Source of the DNA: Naegleria gruberi
Taxonomy: Eukaryota
NCBI GenBank assembly: GCA_000004985.1
Contig: GG738860.1
Length of the DNA: 64,000 bases
Reading direction: 5' to 3' (one strand)
The translations under genes were made by a program, and so were the position numbers. Shown in pieces: positions 46,417 through 56,076 of the stretch. A model generated the notes under the pieces. It was not told the DNA's origin. It saw only the letters and a program-made list of their open reading frames with translations, and did not search any database. How positions within the stretch are numbered: position 1 is the first letter of the stretch; each line of letters opens with the position of its first letter.

Positions 46417-46995
46417 TGTTGTTCATTGTTCAATTGATGAGAAATATTAGAGGAAGATGAAGATAATTTCTTTGGAGTGAGCATACTTTTCAATGATGAA
46501 AGACTTTTCTTTCTTTCTTTTAGGGTATTATTCGAAGAAGAGGAAGAATTGGACGAATTGTTGTTGGACGAATTACTAGACGAAATGTTAGCAGCATTGG
46601 CTAAATTATTATTTAATTCAGTTAATAGTGCAGAACTACTGGTAATGGTGAGGGTTCCTCGCTTTGTTGTTGTTGTTGTTGTATTTGATTCTTGTGATGA
46701 GCTGTCAGTGTTGGCATTTGACATTGATGAAACGGATTGGGATCTACGATAGGCATCATTTTCGTTTGGTGATGGTGTTGTAGGTGATGTTGGTTTTTCT
46801 GGAATTGTTATTGGTTGAGAAGACGATGACAGCGACTTTCGTTTAAACATTTTTTTTTATGAAATTTGACAGCTAATGGTTTTGACATTTTATGAATGCA
46901 TAAAGAGATGAACTTGGTCATTCTTCCAAATATTTACCAACAGGCCTTTCTTCTTCTTTCTAATAAAAATTGAACTAGTGTTTTTTTAAAATTTT
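46417..46995 (-). repeat. Diverged duplicate of 28415..28982 (5' part of the Ser-rich gene plus its upstream region); partial CDS 46437..46850 (ATG at 46848-46850) with the body in the gap
   Basis: Coding part is about 99% identical (a few SNPs, e.g. the product reads ...ISSSNSSNNNSS... against ...ISSTNSSNNISS... in copy 1). The upstream non-coding part has an 8-bp indel and several substitutions. Confidence 0.6.
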
Positions 46996-47153
46996 GTAAA
47001 GTTTTACAACAGATTTGTTTTCCTTCATGTTCGTTCAACAAATATGTTCAAATATAATTGAAAACTATTTCTCCAAATTGATTCTTCAACTATTTGTAAA
47101 AAATTATAATTCTTTGATTTTAAATTTTAAAAAAAAATTCAAAACACTTCAAA

Positions 47154-50100
47154 ATGCAACAAAAGGAGGAATTTATTCATCATTTGGATGGCTTGATGAA
47201 TGTGCAGAATTTGCACGATCAGGGAATGACTCCACAAGATGTTGATTTATTATTGTGGAAGAGAGGTAAAAAATCAAGTGAATTGGTGCATGGCAAGTTG
47301 GAGGAGATGAAGATGGGTGAACAAGAGATTGGGCAATTGATTGATCAATTGTTGGAATCCAAGTCCGATGATCAAGTTAGGGAGAATAGAATTGGTGTTA
47401 TTTTGGCAATTGTTTATGAATTGAGAAGTGAAAAGTTGATTCAATTAATTACTGATAGAAATACTCCTATTATGATTGTTGATTTGATTGTTAAGAATTT
47501 GACAAGAATTTTGAAAGATCAAGATGAATTTATGAAATTTTTCAATGAGAAATATGATAAATTGAATGATCATGTTAGAATTAGAATTGAAAGATGTGTC
47601 AGAAAGACGAAACCAAAGTGGATTCCACAATTGTTGAGTACATTGTTGGAAAGAAAGGCTCCTTCAAGAGAATGCATGTGTACTTTGGGACATTTAGAAT
47701 CAAATCCAGAAAATGACATTTTAATTGTTAAGGTTCTTAAAGATCTTAAAATAGAATTAAATGACATGATGTTCAGTCCATTATTTAGAAAACATACAAA
47801 GGCAATGAGTACTTTTTTGAAAGATAGAATTGAAGAAATATGTGGAAACAATCCTCAGAAAGCAGCTCAATACTTTAACTCGCAAAAATTACCAGTGTTT
47901 CTACTCAAACAGTTTCCTAACTTTGCCTGGGAATTGATTTCAAAGTATTTGGTCAACCCATTCTTGGAAAACAAGTGTCAGAAATTGTATTTGAACAAGT
48001 TTTGGTACATTCCAACATTTTACACTCATCCATCTTTTGTAGAGACGACTGAAAAAATTATTTCACTCACCAAAGATCCTTCCCTCATTCATGCACGTCA
48101 ATTGGTTAACAGACTAACTATCAAACAATTAGCCAAAATATTGTTTGCAATTATTGAAAGTTTTGGATATTCTAGATCAACCCATGCCAAACACTTTATT
48201 GGGATTCTACTCTTTAACAAAGCAAAGCATTATGCCAATAGAAATGTTCTATTCGAAAATATGTATTCACTTGGTTTGAATAAGGAAAAATTCATTAATT
48301 GGATTGTCAATAATTGCCAAACAGATCAAATACCAATGATTTTGAATATTCTACCATGGGATATTGCATCTGCAGTTGCTGAAAGAATATATCAATTGAG
48401 AAAGAAAGAGGTTTTCAAAAATTCTTCTGAGGAGAGTATTTATTGGAAATACTTTTTCAATTTGGATGATAATGATCAAAGAAACCAATTCAAAAATGCA
48501 TGCTCGAATCCAGTTGGTGAAGTAAGAGCTTGTGTTTTGAGAGATTTACTCTTGTGTTCGCTCATGTCTGGAAAGCAAGTGAGAGAAACTTTAGAATTTA
48601 TTGAAACCAGAATGAAAAACGATACAGAGGTTCAATCCAGATTATTCAATCAATATAATAGAGACAACTCAATCGATAGCTTTTTGGGCATTCATTTCAA
48701 AGATCATTCTGAACTAATTCTCAATATTTTAAGCAAGGTAAACTCGTACTCTGCTTCTTCAATTTATCAGGCTCTTATTTCTCAAAATATGACTAATGTA
48801 GAAATTTTGAAGAGAATTATTATTTCAATGGAGAAGACTTCGAATTCTTCGTCTAGAGCAGTTAGTTTCAGAAAGGAAGTTCACCAAGAGTTGATGAATC
48901 ATTTCAAGCCAACTTTGGAGGAAATGGCAAGAAATGGCTCATATGAATTGATTAGTTTCTTATTCGAGTCAATTGAAAATCCAGTTAAATATGATTATAT
49001 CAACGAGTTTGTTGCTAATTACATTGAGAATGTAATCCCTGAAACCACTTCTAATATTCCTCCAAAGCTTCTCAAAGGACTTGTTGAGGTTTATCTCAAA
49101 TCGGATCCAAAGAATATTTCCAAGAGAGTTAAAGTCATTCTTGACAAGTATCCTCTTTCATTTCAATTATCTGTTGTACAGAGAGCACTCTTAGATAAGA
49201 GAAATATTCCAGATCCAGAACTTGTCTCCAAATTCTTACCAGATCACGTTCTCGAATTTGAAGAGTTGAACTTGTCATTGAGTAGTCAATCTCCACTTGT
49301 ATGGAAACCTGAAGTATTGAGTTCTCTCCATCTCGAAACATTTGCTCCTAAACAATTGTTACAATCCTTCTCTACCTATTACAAGGATTATCTGTTTAAG
49401 GTTTGTAGAACTGGAGAAATTAGTAATTTCTACTGTTCTAGGTATTCAGAGTTTTCAGAGAGGAAACAAACTCTACTAATCCTTCCAAAGCTTCTCTATG
49501 AAAGACCAATGTTGGATGACTTGGTTCAATTCATTGATGAGAAGATTCTCTCTAACATTTCCTTGGAGAATGTGGTTCCAACCATGGGTAGAGGAAGAGG
49601 CAGAGGCAGAGGCAGAGGAGGAGGTAGAATGAGTGCACCAAGAAGTGTACCAAGACAACCTCGTGCTATTGAATTGAATGTAGAAGATGCTGCTGTTAAA
49701 TCTTTGGCCAAACTTGTGAGAACTAATTCTCAACATCCACTTGAACATTTAGATTGGATTCTCGAAAATATTACCTCTGAAAATGTAATGTATTTCTACT
49801 CGGCTCTGAACAGATTATCAAAACATGAACCAGGATTCGTAAGGAAATTTATTGAAATTTTAAAAGGAAAGTTTAGTTCAGGACCAAAGGAGAATTTCAC
49901 AATTTCAATTCAAAAGGTTTTCATTTGCTTTTTCAAGCAACATGCAGAATTTTCTGGTAACCATCCTCTCGTCAATGAAATTGCTGACTTTTTGTTACAT
50001 CTTTGGGATTTGAAACTTCATAAGGATGTTCAAGTTGCAATTGTTCAAACAGCCAAAAAAATCATTTCCAAAGCAAAAGAATATGATCTCTATGCAAAAC

Positions 50101-51110
50101 TTGAAAGATTGTTCAAGGATGCTGCCACTCATGAATATCAAGCCGTTGTGGAAGAGCTGGCATTGTATGTTCCAACTTTGAATGAGAAAATAGCTCAAGA
50201 CTTTTTCACATTGAGTTTGCAAGCATTGCAACATAAGGATTCTGGTAATTCTCAATCAAAAGTATGGCACCGTATCTCTCAAGCAGTTCTTAGTCTTGAT
50301 ATGAGAGCTTTTAGTAATTCATTTGATGCAATGTCTCTTTTCAATTCCTATCTCATTGATGCCTTGCTTTTATTCGGTGCTTCTAAGGACACTTCCGTTA
50401 CTGATATTGCTATTGCTACTATTACAACTCAATTATTGGAAAACACAAAGCAAGTGAGCGAACTGTTATTGGAAAAGATTGTAAAACCACTGTTCACAGA
50501 TGACAAACTCAAGACACTTAATCTAGAATTTGATAGACCAATTTCTACAAGATTACAATATTTGGCAAAGCAAATTGCAACAACAATAACTGGAACTTAT
50601 TCAACCATTTCAGAAGAAACCTTGAACGATATTCAACAGTTAATCTTGGATTGGATTGGATTGACTAAAACATTGGAAGAAAGAATTTCACACGCCTGCC
50701 TTGTTTCCAGTATTACAAATTGGTCAAATAAGGATTCGATTATCGAAAACAGTATCAAGAGAGTCGCTAATTTATTTGTTGACATGCCAGATTTGAAAAT
50801 TGCTGGTTTGACAACTTTATGTCACAATTCCAGTCTTTTCATTCTCACAAATGAACACTCTGACAGCACCACCCAAGCTGTTTCTCATATTCTCCAAAAC
50901 CATAGTCAATACTCTCAAGATGAATTAATTCTAGCAGTCGCTCTTCTTAAATTAATTCCAGTCAATCCAGATATTGAAAATCTAATGAAAATCATCAACA
51001 ATCTTACACCAACCTATCCACTTCTTGCCATCACATACTTTATCAAAACTGAAAGTGATCAAGATAAAGGAAAGAATCAACGATTCCCTTTCAGAAGACA
51101 TGGTTATTAA
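47154..51110 (+). CDS. Large (1318 aa) predominantly alpha-helical protein, unknown function; internal (RG)5GGGR motif
   Basis: Single uninterrupted ORF with ATG at 47154. It is divergent from the Ser-rich gene copy and shares about 300 bp of upstream sequence with it. The GRGRGRGRGRGGGR tract is at about 49590-49630. Confidence 0.55.
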   Translation: MQQKEEFIHHLDGLMNVQNLHDQGMTPQDVDLLLWKRGKKSSELVHGKLEEMKMGEQEIGQLIDQLLESKSDDQVRENRIGVILAIVYELRSEKLIQLITDRNTPIMIVDLIVKNLTRILKDQDEFMKFFNEKYDKLNDHVRIRIERCVRKTKPKWIPQLLSTLLERKAPSRECMCTLGHLESNPENDILIVKVLKDLKIELNDMMFSPLFRKHTKAMSTFLKDRIEEICGNNPQKAAQYFNSQKLPVFLLKQFPNFAWELISKYLVNPFLENKCQKLYLNKFWYIPTFYTHPSFVETTEKIISLTKDPSLIHARQLVNRLTIKQLAKILFAIIESFGYSRSTHAKHFIGILLFNKAKHYANRNVLFENMYSLGLNKEKFINWIVNNCQTDQIPMILNILPWDIASAVAERIYQLRKKEVFKNSSEESIYWKYFFNLDDNDQRNQFKNACSNPVGEVRACVLRDLLLCSLMSGKQVRETLEFIETRMKNDTEVQSRLFNQYNRDNSIDSFLGIHFKDHSELILNILSKVNSYSASSIYQALISQNMTNVEILKRIIISMEKTSNSSSRAVSFRKEVHQELMNHFKPTLEEMARNGSYELISFLFESIENPVKYDYINEFVANYIENVIPETTSNIPPKLLKGLVEVYLKSDPKNISKRVKVILDKYPLSFQLSVVQRALLDKRNIPDPELVSKFLPDHVLEFEELNLSLSSQSPLVWKPEVLSSLHLETFAPKQLLQSFSTYYKDYLFKVCRTGEISNFYCSRYSEFSERKQTLLILPKLLYERPMLDDLVQFIDEKILSNISLENVVPTMGRGRGRGRGRGGGRMSAPRSVPRQPRAIELNVEDAAVKSLAKLVRTNSQHPLEHLDWILENITSENVMYFYSALNRLSKHEPGFVRKFIEILKGKFSSGPKENFTISIQKVFICFFKQHAEFSGNHPLVNEIADFLLHLWDLKLHKDVQVAIVQTAKKIISKAKEYDLYAKLERLFKDAATHEYQAVVEELALYVPTLNEKIAQDFFTLSLQALQHKDSGNSQSKVWHRISQAVLSLDMRAFSNSFDAMSLFNSYLIDALLLFGASKDTSVTDIAIATITTQLLENTKQVSELLLEKIVKPLFTDDKLKTLNLEFDRPISTRLQYLAKQIATTITGTYSTISEETLNDIQQLILDWIGLTKTLEERISHACLVSSITNWSNKDSIIENSIKRVANLFVDMPDLKIAGLTTLCHNSSLFILTNEHSDSTTQAVSHILQNHSQYSQDELILAVALLKLIPVNPDIENLMKIINNLTPTYPLLAITYFIKTESDQDKGKNQRFPFRRHGY

Positions 51111-51556
51111 ATAAACAATGTAGCGAATCAGTTTACAATGTAATTAAGTTGCGAATTGTGGCTCTTTCCAAAGAAGCAATTAAATTATTCTGGTCAATTA
51201 CCTATTATGAAAAGAACCTATTTTTCAATGAATGTTTGAATCGTTTATTACTTAGTTATTAACAGTCCTACGTACAACGGAAAATGTGAAAATACCAAAT
51301 TAAAATGTTTATTGGGCTCTCCCTTTATCCTATTAACCATTTGTTATTTATCCATGCTACATACGAAAATAATGGTCAGCGTAATAGATGAATTTCAACA
51401 ACTTTGACATCATACCCATTCCACTTTCCTATTCACTGTTGTGTAGGAACAATCGTATACAATTCGTACAGTGGCTAGTTGGTCAAAAATGAACAAGAAT
51501 CAAAACATGATGAATCTTCTCTTACCTGAATTTAAATAAATTTAACTAATGCAATT

Positions 51557-52951
51557 TTACAAGTTTTTGGAGATGATTTCTTGTAATTCCTCAGGTACAA
51601 ATCTAAGTGCTTCTCTGTTTTGTTTTACAGCTTCCAAAGCAATTTCACTATCTAATTTCAATTCCTGAGAGGCAAAACGAATTGCTTCACCATCATTTTT
51701 CACAGCAGCCATAACTAGGTCTCTATCATTCCTGAACGTTTCAGATGCAAAAAATAGTAAATCACCTTCATGAGCAACAGCTTCCAATAGGAAATCCTTG
51801 TTATTGAGAAACTCATCAAGAAATTCGAGTGCATCACCATTTTGTTTGACCGCTGCCATTGCAATTTCTCTATCTTTTTTGAAATGATCTGCAATTTTTT
51901 GAATCATCATACCATTTTGCTTAACAGCTGTCAAAACTACTTGTCTGTCATGTTTTAATTCCTGAGCAGCAAATTCAATAGATCTTCCATCTATTGAAAC
52001 AGCAACAAGAACTATTTCCATATCTTCTTGGAGTGAATAATCAGCATAGTAAAATGCTTGTCCATTTTGTTTGACAGCTGCCAAAATTAATTCTCTATCC
52101 TTTAGTAATTCCTTTGGGACATCTCCATCTGATAATACTTTCCAATTTTGTGATACTGCAGCTATGGCTATTTCTCTATCTTGTTGTAGCTCTTCTTCCA
52201 ATATTGAATAAACTTTTCCATTTTGAGAAACTGCAGCTAAAACTATTTCTCTATCGTTTTTTAATTGTTGATCTACGTATTTGATTGCCTTTCCATTATT
52301 TTTCACAGCTTCCAATACTAGCTCTCTATCTTGTTTTAATTCTTCTGCAGCATGTTTGATACAAGTTCCTGCACATTTTACAATTTCCATCATGAATTCC
52401 CTGTCAGTTTTCAAATTTTTGGAAGCATAGCAAAATGATTTATGGTAATGTTCGACAGCATGCTTTACAACCTCCTTATTATTCCTTAATTTTTTAGATG
52501 CATAAAGCAATGGAGCATAATCTACAGATTCTTTAATTTTCTCCTCCTCAAGCATCATTTTGACATATGGCACATAATCCCACAAGCCAAACAACTGACC
52601 AAGGTAAACTGCATGATACGCTTCATACATGTGCACAGCTTGAAAAACATCATCCACAAAAAAGCTTCTCCACTGAACTAAATCAATACCTTTCTTTGCA
52701 ATATAATTCTTTACTTCCTCCTCCTCATTCATATCTGAAATTATTTTCTCCACTTGCTTTATAATTTTCTTTTGGTTGACCTTGTGCTGAGTGAGTCTTA
52801 GTTTGGTGAGGAGAATTTTGGAGGAAATATTCACATCTAGAATAATAGTGGTTGTAATTTTGTCCTTCAATGATGATGGATTGTGTGGTGGGAGTTTTGG
52901 TTTTTTCTCTGGTGTTGTTGCTTTGATTGAATTGTGTTGTTGTCTTTTCAT
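51557..52951 (-). CDS. DUF4116-type repeat protein (about 8 tandem 36-40 aa repeats)
   Basis: ATG at 52949-52951. Repeats have the form [ED]L[KQ]xDREIVLAAVKQNGxALxFA[SA]. This is from my memory of the DUF4116 consensus, not from a database search. Confidence 0.55.
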   Translation of the reverse strand: MKRQQHNSIKATTPEKKPKLPPHNPSSLKDKITTTIILDVNISSKILLTKLRLTQHKVNQKKIIKQVEKIISDMNEEEEVKNYIAKKGIDLVQWRSFFVDDVFQAVHMYEAYHAVYLGQLFGLWDYVPYVKMMLEEEKIKESVDYAPLLYASKKLRNNKEVVKHAVEHYHKSFCYASKNLKTDREFMMEIVKCAGTCIKHAAEELKQDRELVLEAVKNNGKAIKYVDQQLKNDREIVLAAVSQNGKVYSILEEELQQDREIAIAAVSQNWKVLSDGDVPKELLKDRELILAAVKQNGQAFYYADYSLQEDMEIVLVAVSIDGRSIEFAAQELKHDRQVVLTAVKQNGMMIQKIADHFKKDREIAMAAVKQNGDALEFLDEFLNNKDFLLEAVAHEGDLLFFASETFRNDRDLVMAAVKNDGEAIRFASQELKLDSEIALEAVKQNREALRFVPEELQEIISKNL

Positions 52952-53055
52952 TATTTTTTTTGTTTTGGTGATCGAATCGGGAAAATGGAGTTATTGGCAA
53001 GAAGCTGTTCCCTGTGTGACTATTCAAAACTAATATGTTTGAATATTAATCACCA

Positions 53056-53138
53056 GCCCGCGTAGCAGAGTGGTCAAATGCGTAAGACTTAAGATCTTAT
53101 CCCGAATGGGTTCGTGGGTTCGAACCCCACCGCTGGCA
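53056..53138 (+). tRNA. tRNA-Leu (anticodon UAA), type II with long variable arm
   Basis: GCCCGCG TA GCA GAGTGGTCAAA TGC G TAAGA CTTAAGA TCTTA TCCCGAATGGGTTC GTGGG TTCGAAC CCCAC CGCTGGC A. It closely resembles eukaryotic tRNA-Leu-TAA (...GAGTGGT.AA.GCG...ACTTAAGAT...GTGGGTTCGAACCCCAC...). There is one C4:U69 mismatch in the acceptor stem. Confidence 0.75.
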
Positions 53139-53142
53139 TTCC

Positions 53143-53148
53143 TTTTTT
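53143..53148 (+). terminator. Pol III terminator (T6) after tRNA-Leu
   Basis: ccTTTTTTgc lies 4 nt past the discriminator. Confidence 0.5.
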
Positions 53149-54273
53149 GCTCTCATTTTTTCTCGCTTTTGTACCATTGTGGTTGACTGCTGAAGCACAA
53201 CTCAAGTAATTCCAAGTACTGCTTGTTCTTTTTTCTAAAAGCTTACAGTTAGTTTTTAGCTCACTACTGTTCAAGTAACTTCCTGTAAACCATTGTAATT
53301 TTCATACATTCCATTACAATAGTGTGATCTACGTATGGCGACTCTCTTTAAAAAAATAGTGCACAGATCCTCAACACCATTTTGTGGGTATCAAACCATA
53401 AAAGACTACAAACTATAAAAAAGGCAATATCGGAGTCAATGAACCTTAATAGGAGGAATAAATTCAGAAATGCAACTCTGTTGCTTGCTTAGTTGTGTCA
53501 GAAACTTCATGGCAAGATAATAAGGAAAGAATTTGTGTTTATCTATTTCGGAACAATTGTTTAACATTACCAAATTTTACTGCATTTCGAATAAAAGATG
53601 AGAAACATCTCATGGAGCAAAGAGCCTAAAAAATAGAAATTGATATTTATACAACTGAATTCAATAATCTTCATTCAAGCGGAAGGATTATCGTTTTTTA
53701 TGGTTTGGTTTTGGTTGTGAACTGATTATTAGAAAGTTGTGTGAATTTCAGTTTTTGGAAAGTGTGTTTTATCTTTCAGTTTGTTTGCATTCAATAATCA
53801 AACAATCCAAGTAATTGGATTGCATGGATGACAATTAGCCTACGATCTATTAACTAAATGCTATAGGTAGATTATATACGAAACTATTTCAATTCTCTCT
53901 CTCTTAATCCCAACCATTTAAATCTTAACAGCCCATGTCGCATTTATAGATTTAAACCAGCGCGTTTTGCTTTGTTTTGGTTTGTCAGTGAAACTGTTTC
54001 GAATAATTCAAGCATCATGTCAATTACCCTAGGGTCTCAACACGCTTATATCAACAAATACCCATAAGTATTCAACTTTAAACCCTTTCAATTTGTCCTG
54101 TTACGACGAAAGGCCTCTGGAACCAATTAGAAAAAAACCAGCTTGTGGTGTTTCTTCACTTTTTCGTCTGGTTTAGTTTACTTTAAAAAAACAAGTGAAC
54201 ACTACTACATGTTTAAAGTGAGACAGCAGTGAGAAAGAGTGAGAAACAGTTTAATGTTTATGCAATTCAAAGA

Positions 54274-56075
54274 ATGAACAAACCAACTGAAAGTGTTTCG
54301 AATAATTCTAATAATTATCACTTTACTAATGAAAGTAGTAGTAGTGGAAATACTCCTTTGAATCCTCTTTCAATATCAGCCGAAATACCAAATTCGTACC
54401 ATGTTGAACGGCACAAACTTTCGAATAATAATTCAACAAGTATACGAAATATAATTACTTCATCAGTTGGTGCTAATTCTAATCATCCTACCATGATTGC
54501 ATCTCATAACTATTCTGCTAATGGAATTGATGAACATTCTTCCATCCTACCTTCCATACATAATACTCCTTTCCAATCCAATGAGAATGTTTACTATTCG
54601 AAACCAATCTATTCCAATTTACAATCAAATTCTCCATTTCCCTCATCTTTAGCAATAACAACGATCCATGCTAACAACAACATGCAGAAAGAAAGACTTC
54701 CATCAATTAATCATGTTGTAAATTCTTCATCATCAACTATTCGAAACTCAACATCTCCTCCAACACCATTTATCTCCTCACAAGTTTCACATTCACAACA
54801 CTTTAATCAACACCTTTATGTTGAGGATCATCAGCATTCACAGTACATGATACCATCCAACCAAAATAATCAACTTTCGAATAATAATCAATTACATCCT
54901 TTTGGTGATTCCAACAAGATTTCAGTATCACCATCAGCAGGAAGTCTCGTTTCTTATCAATCACCACCACCGACACAACATGTACCATCAAACTCCATGA
55001 TTAGAAACAATTCGAAACCAAATTTGCATGTCATGAACAATAGCCACAGTAATAACAATCTTTCAAATTTTGATCAAACCAATACTTCAACTACTACCTT
55101 AATTCATCATCACCATCATCAACAACAACAATCACCAATACATGCCACACCTATCATCAATACCCAACAACAGCAACAACAAACACAACAGCAGGATAAT
55201 TATTATCACGATTTTTATGTACCCATTAAAAAGACCAACAAGTTAATGATGAACAACAATTTAAATAATCCAAATTCCCAAAATGCAACTCAAAGTGCAT
55301 CATCATCTTCATCTGCTTCTTTAATAATGAATTCTTCTTCCAATGCTCATAATAATACAACTTCTTCAAATGGAGTGCCCCTAAAATGTTCATTGTGTGA
55401 TCGTGGCATTACGAAACGATATTGGGTAAGAGATTGTAATGTGGATGTGATGAAAACATTTTCAAAGAATGAAGGTATGTTATTGTTGTGAATTTTGTGG
55501 ATGGCTTACTTGTTTTTAATATTGTTTTTTTGTAATGCCGTTGTAATGTGTGAAAAAAATGAATTTTAGCACTTGTTGGAAATTCATGTTGTAAAGCATG
55601 TTATACAAAAGCAAGAAAAATTATCAAAGCTCAAAAACCACCCTCCTCAACCTCAACCTCAACCTCAACAAATATTGATAATTCATCAGTAACAACCAAT
55701 ATAGTAGCAGCAGCAGTAGATAATAGTAATAACATCGTGAATAATTCCTCCTCTGGTGAGAATGATTCCTCATCAAATAATGTAAATAATAATGTTTCAA
55801 TTCAAACAACGACTAGTTCTGTGATGAGTGGAAATTCCACTCCAGAATCACAACAGAGTTTCAATTATCTTAATCTAGGAAGAAATTTGGAGAATTCATT
55901 GATTTCAGGTGAAGTTTTGGAAGAATTGGGTCTTGTCTTGACAAGATCAGATAGTTCAAGCTATTCATCGAGTAAGATTGGAAAAGATAAGAAAAAGTAC
56001 AATCTTCAAGTGGATAGAACTGAGGAAGAGAATGAAATTGTATTCAATATCAAGTTAAAAGTTAATAAGAAATGA
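54274..56075 (+). CDS. N/Q/S-rich low-complexity protein with a C-terminal Cys4 zinc-binding motif (putative transcription factor); 2 exons
   Basis: The track ORF starts at GTG 54229. The first in-frame ATG is at 54274. Exon 1 ends at 55474, followed by a GTATGT...TTTTAG intron (55475..55569, 95 nt). Exon 2 (55570..56075) is in frame with track ORF 55737. The spliced product has CSLCDRGITKRYWVRDCNVDVMKTFSKNE|ALVGNSCCKACY. A (CAACCT)4 microsatellite is inside the CDS. Confidence 0.5.
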
Positions 56076-56076
56076 T

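Noticed and set aside
28971-46850. Giant track ORFs (5,700-5,960 aa) on both strands spanning 28971..46850
   Set aside because: They are translations of the 17,069-nt N-run (poly-X), stitched to real flanking sequence. They are artefacts, not genes.
53089-53274. 61-aa minus-strand ORF overlapping tRNA-Leu
   Set aside because: It overlaps the tRNA gene and its terminator, a chance ORF.
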